Shown here piece by piece: positions 13,501 through 21,478 of a stretch of 64,000 bases of DNA (its first letter is position 1; each line of letters starts with the position of its first letter). The stretch covers positions 32,001-96,000 of the IMG/VR virus record IMGVR_UViG_3300044631_002183; one strand, written 5' to 3'. The notes beneath the pieces are model-generated. The model was not told the DNA's origin and did not search any database. It worked only from the letters and a program-made list of their open reading frames with translations. The position numbers and the translations under genes are program-made. The stretch is from a virus.

Positions 13501-14222
13501 TATATAAAGTAGTGGAGGATATAAATAGACCATTCACTGAAGCAGAGACTAAGGGCGAAGAAAATGGTATAGATCCCAGTATAACGGAAGAAGAGCAGGT
13601 TTTAACCAGCGAGCTGGAATTGTTCAAAGAAGCGATTCTAGGCCAGTATAGGGAAGCTGCAAAAAGCATCATAACTTGGATACCTGAAAAATACTCAGCA
13701 TTTTGGTTAGAGTCAAACTACTCTGACGATTGGTGGGTTTTAGATAAAATAGATGCGACTCAAACATTAACTATAGCTTTACCAAATACAAGTAAAACAA
13801 TAACATTCACAAAATGCCAAATTAAAAAGACAGGATTGAAAACTACCCTTTTCAAATATGACTACTCTTATTATTCAGCTTTACAAACAGTGAGGCAGAT
13901 GCCAAATAATAAAGACTTGACTATAGGATTAGATGCTGATTTAAATCCGACCCAGATACAAAGAATCAAAATTTTATTAGGTCAAGAGCAAGACGCTCAA
14001 GACACATTATTACCTAAGAGCCAAATGGAAATAGGAGGTCTTTATATTGCAAGTCTTTTCCCAGATTCTGAATTGGTGAGAAATAGCGAAATAACATCTC
14101 CTGCTATAATAAACTCTGATTTTAATGTTACTGTTTCCGTAAGCAAACTAAAAAATATGCCAGACATTTCTTTCCAAGATTTCTCTGAATCATCTATAAT
14201 TAAAATAATAAACAAAAAATAG
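4566..14222 (+). CDS. Giant (3218 aa) putative virion/tail-associated protein
   Basis: Uninterrupted 9.6-kb ORF, Ser/Asn/Ile/Tyr-rich and beta-like, with an internal GTSGSSGSSGTSGTSGSSGGG insert. Function inferred from context only. Confidence 0.6.
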   Translation: MSVETDNKDFITTALSAVGPSLTPDFSKYTYGLWVSFFENPNHSENGYTVPKPLVEDIVASKFAVTGKRFSIINYEGEAPKARFFLTEGFLGLDGYDYLRDFEITDRFISGSNPNVIMPDMDYAGKVYRRYEITGLTKSKSTNNDILTVSGEDWAQTSIPVSANNTDNIYTYTDSGYSGYRNEVTTRYKFLYNDSGNSLVQDSSIFEIPFQLENQSSLKYRISRASEPLGIYDFAELTADGKAIIDYSKYKEEVSGTIDGQIVYNFEPISQLSFGSGEFNDILEKNITNRKKIYDPSLTGFSISKSNNLFKFALQSTGNFDDIYKVDVSVERFNLKDKPNISGYVMSSYDIGDGPVTISLSSGLNVFPRVNEDGSPFGYDNLQDLIDVEQIAESEKYAQDIQIPDAGDEEDESQLSKAIEDNFSATIKAINGEFEEDPQDNRDGEAWEVRSQIDSNDEEYLTQQNNEIQYYKTALPNFPLPKKIITKDFYSNYINSGESYIVTPLASYGLDPTFTACGDQFGVLGYYINESEVPGQESVFRTVVNSTCDGLYIDATGFCKGDSAIYDNKRYKTDGLKIQNGLVTQITESGVISKDAFINQESWLKAINYFYTKNYVASFNVYPSLPEASYNTLFSQALREVNERIGGPVGSNDSSSFYSNGARNPRIFVEREIYTNSYRRDESFEINQAITSGVYTPSDADLANEEVEKLYCVHTYEPSDESSFVKDKQAYFYPVQDYKEDVTFRKFLETSAAGLSYTTGENFGTVSFIDGDGDPDKLFRLEYVTGNAFSYNGVSSSIAWSGPATPASNISIIDQNTKNYSYHLYGYNNNSDILSFLDSNVISGDSVSSNSFSNLAVVKFVKQGLTDSVFRIEKDEDNTKVTLSSLNLSVADAAGNLLAPSKVRVNIQTYNYKVQSNVENHQWTVFNQNPINNNIYGDRKTNNLSEPRFFQDDAEDTKDVLSTLFFFPNGPYTSKNYEGKPISTSSIRSLSDGLYENTISIKEENENPKNYESNYVLEIADNGQLVKQKPSSSVLNSMARFSDTRRLRITKIKYNFYTKDLVVIGDAGSPYSINFNDGWEYDLQYKLKAGTSGSSGSSGTSGTSGSSGGGASVDWTIMSKEGPLTKDTISSQYSIISPYYFSAEDLESPNFLSMVAFKTNLPMFLDDQNYEFRILKRERLVVSSDSANVIKKTNFLPIKVDWDEVAGCGYYNIYQKDRYNNLTFLRSEPSGVNSVSYVVPDISQKNVNLGVYNFGANGNNYYDIIVSGVKSAIVKVEETLSGEYGFEVGNSDSDQNKISKLSQVTTYTPVLASGTAYSQLLDFNNPESKTSEFKIDQNYNNYYFVTDKADAILSNIPSSFEAYVINTGNASCNVDSTSISTNQYAKISNNGAVSSASASALPSSSLDLVDLEDGDSLYLTSNVTILNATVISTKTLNVINDSSSSITVTFGSTETIAANQTKSLTFNDDGSSKTIVLNKTYSNIAAQDAEIYHPKDGFVNFNHTTGSFSSADVYSNLPVYNFSQETLKINNLVVAPDSFNYVSWNGSVASKAQKSYFDDLKIYLKGTETTADSIKLLKDDSEIILSQFATASGITREYFFLKDESINRALNIKITNGSAVEVLSKQRQDFKLTVNRNNDSSISYSIIYPSGNPFFEISNSTEQLVLLKGNLIQNIDLKSLDSGLKQGSFVYFVNKNSSNVYFYRDKQENIIYTLAENQIARAMLSTVGSTRIVRLEILNDAFSHFYFDASQYIDSPINILDLNFCATQISLPSASQLHNKDLFLVCRNRFIPNKINKEKIKDVNSIVSTEDNPSTLEINEIGDLASNSISLRVFEKTSGDALPTVERTSFSQRTFLDPEDQVLSEDTSRFFYIRNEDVDTFTIKDFYNRKNDYNGKIFLPVSDKSLVVQSFDSADGNNLFRARKSSSIDFDYSPDGYVNGRLQVSAPDVLDSKIYSYQSEAGSTAKAFPNALATDQILMNFAYDTVTVSVDSSTVTLKKNRLVKNSGANYVYPIYNKKEFFIALVNSERTNTVVNGGTTFYYVIKSNVIDVDSIVLPDISATISFAIKNESGRPYQVKTLSGTYVYLLAPNDKKLFTYTGSPYTVTNDTTDFDDRSVINEPTSIQSSNQYLELDSEHPLSSLWSSSFAIDTIENAFIGETGDETSILLTSSGLVTNYRIFDVYSAVPSSNLAVIYCYGRKPVNLTSVEKYTVNDFYLFVKHNEIIIRKEQFYLSEVTKTLEQSVYNLNIIDTQYFDLTKLFDSQNTISNLPDIIFVPITKYSSKFYLPNLSVDIDGSTLGSLISTKRILFVNLIKSDASGANSIYNYSDSTTTNLLDINSLALFKIQSGQWVKETSSLPQVKKVFPTIKNIKGISGLSTTEVSSGKEFVYLPNFNRFNVDQNRFEDRSFRDFYVFNSCKYRMYVGSNNSMLGTGAFTKVSRDFTQNLFLGVDLDLNASSIFSVVNFNYAEGRAPENLTNVVNSSFPNLKFGTKIKAIQTVGNSSETHFFEYNANGIANEIEIQNKNYGILDVKDLLDYSPNNKLFVFGSSQINDTGNYFDSYYLKLLRATQLGSEKFYVYNNTPFFLSVYFDSEVELSLLVPPRILAEVSNSGLRFLDAYEKGKLTISKKQTNVNYILKSDLKLSINGLLDYTNFRDGQEDADQVKNILITNMVKDEQYVDCSYFTSDKIFIDSAFDNFKTVSMPSLGSMAISSSTVIKNIIKPVYSINSAGHYLFNDNNNDISVSIPASGEVFLINNCPRDIFVNILSPERSRGKLYRNSVLVLKVVDTNKVSLRYLKKSKARDEFYCVFNPNTAISTQREITLKLGIIRNEDLLPILDDDQVEQKSYVKLLAKDGSSSKINLALRNYYNGKDIPTDSPNNVVGYEVGIGHETIYRFLFFDASTSTYTLPGIQKGIKYQVSIDKSFFDNINISTNNSFTNTKEIPFLKYDGNIYGDGDTFEGNGVEVYEIKYPNFVRLYKVVEDINRPFTEAETKGEENGIDPSITEEEQVLTSELELFKEAILGQYREAAKSIITWIPEKYSAFWLESNYSDDWWVLDKIDATQTLTIALPNTSKTITFTKCQIKKTGLKTTLFKYDYSYYSALQTVRQMPNNKDLTIGLDADLNPTQIQRIKILLGQEQDAQDTLLPKSQMEIGGLYIASLFPDSELVRNSEITSPAIINSDFNVTVSVSKLKNMPDISFQDFSESSIIKIINKK

Positions 14223-14223
14223 T

Positions 14224-17004
14224 ATGTCGTATTTTTATTTAAGATCAGATTTTTTTGGAGATGGAGCTCTTTCTGGAGACGCCTTTGGATCTCTATTCCA
14301 AGACAATCAATATCTAGTAGTAAGCTCGGAAAATTTTAATAATAGTGCGTTTATAAGAAATATTTCGGCCAGATATTTGGAGAGTATTAATATTGTAAAT
14401 AATGGTTCAATTTTATATCAAGAGCCTATTGGTTTGGCAAATAATGGGGCCGCTTTTGATGTTCTTAATTTATATTTACTTTCTGCTTATAAAGCTGGCC
14501 AGTTAAATTGCGTCAGCGAAGATACTAGGAATACACTATCAAATGCGCAATTAAAAAGTCCTGTTTATATAAATAATATATCTCTTTTAGGAGACGACAA
14601 AACAATATCTTATAATGTTTTAGTTTATTCTTATGAAGGGGCTGTTGTGAATAAGGCTTACCATAGAATGCTGCCGTCTGGCGATGGAAGCTCCGCTACA
14701 ATGCTATCTATAAATATGACTGCTGAAGAAATCCAGAAAGTTCCGACGAATAATATATATACAAACTATAGCAATTGTAAGGTTCTAAATTTGCTTATTG
14801 AATCTTCTAATAACACAGGATATTTTTACTATAAAAATTTAATAATTATAGAAGACAAGTCGCTAGATTACTTGGAAGATTTTTCTGGAAAATTTTACTA
14901 TGACGCAGGGACTCAAAGATATTATTTAGATGATGCTCTCACAGAATGCTCTGTGAAGGTTTACGATTACTATCATCCATATATTCTTTTAGTGTCTTCA
15001 GATGCGTGGGCTTCCAAAAGCGTATTCCATGGGCCTGTAAAATTGCAATTAGAAACTACAAATGACACAGCTTTAGATGACGTATCATCAGAAATCAGTT
15101 ATTTATATGTTAATATATGCAACTCTTCTACCACTGTAGCTAATAATAATACAATTTCATGCACTAGTAATGCTGGAGAAGTTTCTGTTAATGTAAATGG
15201 AGTGATTAAGCTTTTTGATGATCAGCAAATTTGTCCAATTAATGGAACAGCAAAAACTGTAATCGCAGTATTTTCTTTAAAGCCTTTGGAAACTTTAACT
15301 TTATACAAAGATTTCTCTTCAATAACTACAGTAAAATCAGACGTTTGGGGCTATAATTTTAGATACATAAAATACTACGACGGAACAAATTACTATTCAT
15401 TTAAAGATAATGGTAGCGTTGCTTCAGCTACGGTGCATTACATCGATGAAACTTTGGACCTGTCTAAATATTTTAGCATAAAAGAAGTTTCAGATGGTTT
15501 AACATTATCAGACGCTGGGAAAATAGAGGCAATAACTTTAGCATTTAAAGTCTATAAAATAGCGACAACAGATGCTGATGCAACTGATTATTACATAGAT
15601 ATACCCATAAATGTATTATCTCCAGAAATTATATCTATAGAAGAAGACACGGAAACAAGTCTAATAACAATAAAAACAAATTACGCTACAAGGCTAACTT
15701 ATAAATTCAATGATGAATCAAGCATTTCTGTTAGCGTAACGGATACGGCGGATGGTACTAATCAAACGACAGCCATAAGCTCTAGTGGTAAATTTGGAAC
15801 TTTTTATTGTAAAGCTTTTAATTATTATTATGATTTCCAAGGACTGATTAGACAGCTTTATTCTTCAGAAGAAAAATCTTTAGAGCTTATAAGAACCATA
15901 ACCATTCCGTCTTTTACTTTGACAGTAAAAATAGGAGCATCTACAAAAACAATATACGATAGCCAAGGAGGATCGCAATCTTCTTTAGCTTTTACTAATC
16001 TGGCACAAGATGCAATGTATACATATACTGTATATTCTGATTATATTACAGATACTGGAGATTATACTTTTCAACTTGCGTATAGTTTATCTAACACTCA
16101 ATATTCATCAATATTTTTAAGGTTTGGAAATAATCCTACTTTACATCCAATGATTTTGTCTGGAGGAGTGTCAAAATACATCATATCAAAAAAAGATTTA
16201 TTTGAGTCTTTGGATGTGAATAATGGCATTACTCTTTCTTTCTTGGCTGATAAAAAAGTTGCGTTTGATTTCCCATTTACATTTTTGAATACATCGCAAG
16301 CTAATCTTCCAGTCTGCAATGCCTTTTCTTTATCTACAGTGCAGTTAACTTATCCACAAGTTTCAATAGGATTTACTTTATCTTATACCTATGCAGATGA
16401 AATACAATACTCAGTAATAGATCAGGATGGAAATATTCTAAATCAAATAGTAATAAGAGAAAGATTCAGAGACATAGAGTCTTATTTTTTGCTAGGAACA
16501 ACTAGGCAGAGAACTATACAAGTTAATAATCTCGTTCTAAATGAAAGCGTCACTTCTTTGAGAGTCTCTGCTACAGCTAGTAATTTATATTCTGCTGCTG
16601 ATCCTACAAGAAGAGAAGATACAGAAATCTCTAGCCCAACATACTATTTACCATTAAAGATAGGTGAGGCAGAGGTTGTTTTATATTCTGACTCTGGGCT
16701 AACTAATGAATTAACTGAAATAGTTAAGGGGCAAGAATTTCGGGCTTTTCTTCAAATTAAAGATATCAATGGAACTGTAGTACCATCAGGCAATTATCCT
16801 AGTTATATAGCTGCGGGTTATCAGCCAGAGATTTTTATTTTAGAGTCAAGAGGTGACGCTAATAATGATCTAGAAGGTGTAATTTCAAGTAGAGTGGATA
16901 ACTATACTTTTAAATTTACAATAAATAATGGAAGTAAATTTGATGACACTGCGGCAGTGTTTCAAGCTCAATACATTCCAGTAATTGATCCGGAGATTGT
17001 CTAA
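14224..17004 (+). CDS. Large hypothetical protein, probably structural
   Basis: 926-aa ORF 1 bp after the previous stop; TAATG overlap with the next gene. Confidence 0.6.
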   Translation: MSYFYLRSDFFGDGALSGDAFGSLFQDNQYLVVSSENFNNSAFIRNISARYLESINIVNNGSILYQEPIGLANNGAAFDVLNLYLLSAYKAGQLNCVSEDTRNTLSNAQLKSPVYINNISLLGDDKTISYNVLVYSYEGAVVNKAYHRMLPSGDGSSATMLSINMTAEEIQKVPTNNIYTNYSNCKVLNLLIESSNNTGYFYYKNLIIIEDKSLDYLEDFSGKFYYDAGTQRYYLDDALTECSVKVYDYYHPYILLVSSDAWASKSVFHGPVKLQLETTNDTALDDVSSEISYLYVNICNSSTTVANNNTISCTSNAGEVSVNVNGVIKLFDDQQICPINGTAKTVIAVFSLKPLETLTLYKDFSSITTVKSDVWGYNFRYIKYYDGTNYYSFKDNGSVASATVHYIDETLDLSKYFSIKEVSDGLTLSDAGKIEAITLAFKVYKIATTDADATDYYIDIPINVLSPEIISIEEDTETSLITIKTNYATRLTYKFNDESSISVSVTDTADGTNQTTAISSSGKFGTFYCKAFNYYYDFQGLIRQLYSSEEKSLELIRTITIPSFTLTVKIGASTKTIYDSQGGSQSSLAFTNLAQDAMYTYTVYSDYITDTGDYTFQLAYSLSNTQYSSIFLRFGNNPTLHPMILSGGVSKYIISKKDLFESLDVNNGITLSFLADKKVAFDFPFTFLNTSQANLPVCNAFSLSTVQLTYPQVSIGFTLSYTYADEIQYSVIDQDGNILNQIVIRERFRDIESYFLLGTTRQRTIQVNNLVLNESVTSLRVSATASNLYSAADPTRREDTEISSPTYYLPLKIGEAEVVLYSDSGLTNELTEIVKGQEFRAFLQIKDINGTVVPSGNYPSYIAAGYQPEIFILESRGDANNDLEGVISSRVDNYTFKFTINNGSKFDDTAAVFQAQYIPVIDPEIV

Positions 17005-20000
17005 TGGGAATAAGAACAACAGCAAAGAAAAGCTATCCAATAGCAGGAAGCGGAGAAATTCCGGGAACTTCTTCTTTGCCAACGGTAGAATTCAGATATA
17101 GATCTTATGAAGATTTAAACAAATTTGATCTTATCTTTGTGGTATCTAATGCTTTAACAGTTTCATTGTCTAAGCAATTTAGAGATGGATCTTCGGGAGC
17201 TTTGATTGGAAAGCCAGAAATTAGTGATGTTAAAGATTTTGAATTCCAAACTTTTACTAAAAATAGATCTTATACTACTGTATTTATTTTAACTGCGACA
17301 AATTCTATTGGATCTGTATCGACTTTACCTTTATATATTGATCCAGCGATTCCAAATATTATAGATTTGCCAGATGAGATTGTTTCTGATTTTAAAATAT
17401 CGAGAGAAACAGACTCTTATGATTTAATAAACTCTCAGCTTACACTATCAATTACTGATGTTTTTGATATATCAAAGCTTTCTTCTTTAGAGCTGTTTTA
17501 TAAAAGAAAAGATTTTGAACAGTGGAAGTCTTTAATTTTAAGTAAAGATAATCCTATTGTATTAAAAAGTAACAACGGTTCAGAATCTGGATATGTTTTT
17601 GACTTCAAGAAACAGCCTATTTCAAGGCCAAATTCAGGAGGATATTTTGATTTTTATATAAAAATAAATCTTTCGAATATAGAGCCTGTATACACAAGCA
17701 CAAAGACTCTATTCTTTGATAATCTAGATGACACAGCGCCTCAAAGGCCTAAAGACTCTTCTATTTCTACAAATATTGTAGATATAGAAAATCCTGCTAC
17801 ATTAAGATACGAAATATCTACTAAATTTTCTGAAGTATATACAATCACCAACAATTCTAGTTCTATAGACCAAAATGATGTTCAATCATCTCCAGCGGAT
17901 TCTTATTCTCATGGATTTTTGGACACTAATAAATTTAAAGGTTTATCTGTAGGATCTTATACTTTTGTAAATGAGAACGGGAAAAATTTATTCTATTATG
18001 AATATGATAATGCCGGAACAAAGGGGTATTTTTATCCAGCATCAGTTTCAGAGATATATCCATGCATAGTGACTAATAAAGAGGGTGGATCTAATAAATC
18101 CATCGTTCTGTATTGGAAAGTAAATGATGATTTTTTTGATTACAGTTTTTTTGAGAATAATATATCAATAACCACAACAAATTTTCAAGTAAAACTACAA
18201 TATAAAGACTCTAGTTCTTATGTGGATCTAACTAATGCAATAAAGATAACTAAAGATCCAGTTCAAATGTCGGCCAATGAGAATACTAAATTTGGCTTTT
18301 TTTCTAAATATCAAAAGTTTGTTTTATCAATAGAGAGAGATGTAGATATCAAAAATAATACCGCTAAATCTTTATTCGATAGGATAAGCGAATCTGATAA
18401 TTCAAGCGATAATTTAAGACTTGTAGTTTTAAAACATGATGTAGATTGCTATTTCGGTGGAGTTACAAGAAGCTATTTTTTTGATAAAATGCTAATGCCT
18501 CCTAATTGGAAGTATATAGCTTATGACAAATATATTACAAACAAATACATCACAAATACTGATCTAGAAATAAGGACCGCTTCTGATAAAAAAATCAATC
18601 TTGATTTAGCGAGCCCAATTTTAAGAGGTATAAGGCTGCCAGACGCTGGATTCTATAAGTATGACCAGTTAAATGGATTGAAAGTAAAATTCTCGGATTC
18701 TTATGGAAATAGTGCAGTAACTACCTTTGATTTTAAGATTTTGTATAAGTTATCTTGCGAGTATGATGTATTTTATAGAGACCCAGTTTTAGAGGGAACA
18801 GTTAATTCAATTTTATTGCCATCTATACCGAATGATGTTTTCTTAATACCGCCGACTTTAAAAGTTTCTCCTCCAAATTTAGTTCCAGAGTCACAAGGCG
18901 GAAAGCAGGCTGAAGGAATAGTAAAATTAAATGAATATGGCAAAATAGTAGGTCTGCAAATAACTGATCCCGGGCATGGTTATTCGTTATTCAAAACACT
19001 CCAAAGCAAGAGAGAGCAAACTTTTACAGATTTAGTACCTTTTGTTAAAAAGTCTTTTCAAATAGTAGCCAATGATTTAAATATTTCTAGAAGCGTATTA
19101 ACTTTGCAAAATAATTCTTTTGATAAAGAAAATCTTGTAGCTTCTTTGGAGGGTGGAGTTAGGTTAGCGAGTGCATACGCAGACAAACAAAGGTTAGAGC
19201 AGAACGGCGGCAACTCGTTCTCGGCTGAGCAAAAAGCTAAGCTTGATGATTATTTAAATTATAACTTGCCAGAAGAGTCAAGTAATACAGAAAATTCAGT
19301 AGAGTTATATAATTTAGAAATGACAGAAGAGGAAAAAGATGTCTCTTCTATAGGCATTTTAAATGAGACTTGGAATATAATTTCAAAACTATATACTGAT
19401 AAGTACATAAATCCAATAGAGCAGTCTCAAGTTTACACAGAAGACACAGATGCCAGCGTAAGCGAAATCGAAGAGTCCAGTATACCTAGTACAATAAATA
19501 CTACAAAAGACTCTACGGCAATAACACCGATATCTCTCAATCCAAATGTCCAGCAAAAGAGTGCTAGTGGTGGCTCTCCAGAGTTATTCTCTCTAAATGG
19601 CTTAACTATAGTACCAGATGCAAGTGCCGCTGTATTTGTGTCAAGCAAATTCAATGCTCCTCCTTGGTTAACTCTATTGCCGCTTTCTGTGAGAGCGGAT
19701 GGTCAATACGGCTTTGGTCCTTTGGCGAATATGCTTCCTAGAGCGGAAATGTTCAATAGGTTAGTCATGGGAATAAATAATCTTAATGAGGTAAGAGTTA
19801 TTCTGCCAATGATTTGGGCTATAGATCAAAAAAATACTAACAATACTTGGTATGATGTTTCTAGTGGAGAAAATGAATATGAATTAATATCTTTCAATAC
19901 TAACGGCACAAAAGTTGGGGCAAGCAGCGAATCAAGCTCTTATCTGCCAATAAACTCTCAATTAGGAGTGTCTGCTTCTAGAAGCGTGACTAGAAGCGAG

Positions 20001-20510
20001 CTTAAAGCAGATGAGGCTGAGCCTATAGGTTTGTCAGCAAATGTTTATAAGGTTTCTTCTGAAGACTCTTCGGCTGTATCATTCAAGCCATTTGTGCATC
20101 CTTTGATGGCTAAGTCTTTTAAGGAAAGCTACCTAAGAACATTTAAGAGAAAAATATTAGGAATAGTTACAGAACAAACAACGACTTGCGTAAATAATAA
20201 CGCTCCGATAGGAATAGGGGGGTATACAGCAATTGGTTGCAATGGAATATTCGGAGACGCATACGAAAAACAAGTCCCTGCTGGTACTTTATTGCCAACG
20301 CCTAATGAAAATTATAATACTTACTTTGCATTTTTTGATGCAGGAGGAACAATAGAGGCATCTGCTCGCGGCACTGCTCAAGCTCTATCAGTTTCAAATG
20401 GAACAAATAATGGAAGAAAAGTTTTCTGCACTTATAATTGTGGAGATTCATATTCTAAATCTATAGATTTTAGATACGCGAATATGTTCCCAGGAACAAT
20501 AAAGATATGA
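17004..20510 (+). CDS. Large hypothetical virion protein
   Basis: 1168-aa ORF containing GKIVGLQITDPGHGYS, related to the G.GY motif of the first ORF and common in myovirus structural proteins. Confidence 0.55.
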   Translation: MGIRTTAKKSYPIAGSGEIPGTSSLPTVEFRYRSYEDLNKFDLIFVVSNALTVSLSKQFRDGSSGALIGKPEISDVKDFEFQTFTKNRSYTTVFILTATNSIGSVSTLPLYIDPAIPNIIDLPDEIVSDFKISRETDSYDLINSQLTLSITDVFDISKLSSLELFYKRKDFEQWKSLILSKDNPIVLKSNNGSESGYVFDFKKQPISRPNSGGYFDFYIKINLSNIEPVYTSTKTLFFDNLDDTAPQRPKDSSISTNIVDIENPATLRYEISTKFSEVYTITNNSSSIDQNDVQSSPADSYSHGFLDTNKFKGLSVGSYTFVNENGKNLFYYEYDNAGTKGYFYPASVSEIYPCIVTNKEGGSNKSIVLYWKVNDDFFDYSFFENNISITTTNFQVKLQYKDSSSYVDLTNAIKITKDPVQMSANENTKFGFFSKYQKFVLSIERDVDIKNNTAKSLFDRISESDNSSDNLRLVVLKHDVDCYFGGVTRSYFFDKMLMPPNWKYIAYDKYITNKYITNTDLEIRTASDKKINLDLASPILRGIRLPDAGFYKYDQLNGLKVKFSDSYGNSAVTTFDFKILYKLSCEYDVFYRDPVLEGTVNSILLPSIPNDVFLIPPTLKVSPPNLVPESQGGKQAEGIVKLNEYGKIVGLQITDPGHGYSLFKTLQSKREQTFTDLVPFVKKSFQIVANDLNISRSVLTLQNNSFDKENLVASLEGGVRLASAYADKQRLEQNGGNSFSAEQKAKLDDYLNYNLPEESSNTENSVELYNLEMTEEEKDVSSIGILNETWNIISKLYTDKYINPIEQSQVYTEDTDASVSEIEESSIPSTINTTKDSTAITPISLNPNVQQKSASGGSPELFSLNGLTIVPDASAAVFVSSKFNAPPWLTLLPLSVRADGQYGFGPLANMLPRAEMFNRLVMGINNLNEVRVILPMIWAIDQKNTNNTWYDVSSGENEYELISFNTNGTKVGASSESSSYLPINSQLGVSASRSVTRSELKADEAEPIGLSANVYKVSSEDSSAVSFKPFVHPLMAKSFKESYLRTFKRKILGIVTEQTTTCVNNNAPIGIGGYTAIGCNGIFGDAYEKQVPAGTLLPTPNENYNTYFAFFDAGGTIEASARGTAQALSVSNGTNNGRKVFCTYNCGDSYSKSIDFRYANMFPGTIKI

Positions 20511-20770
20511 GCTTAGATAATTTTAGCAATTTATTTAAAGAAGCTGCAAAAGTTTCTAGAAGTCTAGCGTCATCAGCGGCTAAAGCAGGAGTAGCAATTG
20601 CAGATGGTAAACCAATTATAGCCCAAAAAAACAAATCTCAAGAAAGATTAGACGTGTGCAATAAATGCAAAGACCTAGACAAAAGCCTAGGTCGATGCAC
20701 TGTGTGTGGATGCTTTGTATCTGCTAAGGTTAAAGCAGATTATGAAAGCTGCCCGTCGGGCAAATGGTAA
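20507..20770 (+). CDS. Small Cys-rich protein (DUF6171-like)
   Basis: RLDVCNKC...RCTVCGCF...SCPSGKW pattern; ATGA overlap with the upstream gene. Confidence 0.65.
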   Translation: MSLDNFSNLFKEAAKVSRSLASSAAKAGVAIADGKPIIAQKNKSQERLDVCNKCKDLDKSLGRCTVCGCFVSAKVKADYESCPSGKW

Positions 20771-21463
20771 TTAAGCCTTTTTGATTCTCTCAATAAGCTC
20801 GAAAATCTTTGGCTTAGAAAGATCGTTAATAGAAGTAACTTCTTCAGCCTTCTCGTACTTGTCCTTGATAAGGCGCTTTTGAATCTGCTCGAAAGAAATA
20901 TTCTTTTCTTTCATAAGATTATAAAGCACTGTAGCTGGAGACATTGGATTATCTGACATTGGCTCGTCAATAACCTTAACGCCGATTTCTTCTTGGCCAA
21001 CAATATTGATCTTCAAGAAGTTGCGAACACACCTTACAAAAGCTCTATTTTCAGCTATTGCAGCTAGATAGTTACGAGCAAAGCTTTGCGTATTATCTGG
21101 AGAAGCGTCAGCTAAAGCCTGAAAAGACACATCTACATTTGAAGTCTCGTAATTACCAATCCAATTAATGTAGCAACTAGCGATTACATAATTTGGACTA
21201 GCTTCTGGAACGTCGTAAGAAACGCAGGTGAAACCTCTGATTTGGGCAAGCTCTTTGATGCCGCCGAGAAGAATAAGGAGATCCTTGTCTTCTAGTTTTG
21301 TGATATCTGTTTCTTGAGTGCGCTGCTTGTTAGGCACAAGAAACTCTGGGCGGATCATCTTGCGCCAGTTAACATAACCATCTTCATTGAAGATGTACGG
21401 AATTGGCGGCTCTTCTAGAAGACCAAATTGGTTCCTTTTAAGGGTTTTCGGAGGAGTACTCAT
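20771..21463 (-). CDS. Putative Rad52/Sak-like single-strand annealing protein
   Basis: AIAENRAFVRCVRNFLKINIVGQEEI resembles the AET.A..RAL motif of Rad52-like phage SSAPs; lies at the end of the replication module. Confidence 0.45.
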   Translation of the reverse strand: MSTPPKTLKRNQFGLLEEPPIPYIFNEDGYVNWRKMIRPEFLVPNKQRTQETDITKLEDKDLLILLGGIKELAQIRGFTCVSYDVPEASPNYVIASCYINWIGNYETSNVDVSFQALADASPDNTQSFARNYLAAIAENRAFVRCVRNFLKINIVGQEEIGVKVIDEPMSDNPMSPATVLYNLMKEKNISFEQIQKRLIKDKYEKAEEVTSINDLSKPKIFELIERIKKA

Positions 21464-21478
21464 CGTGTCTAATGTGGA

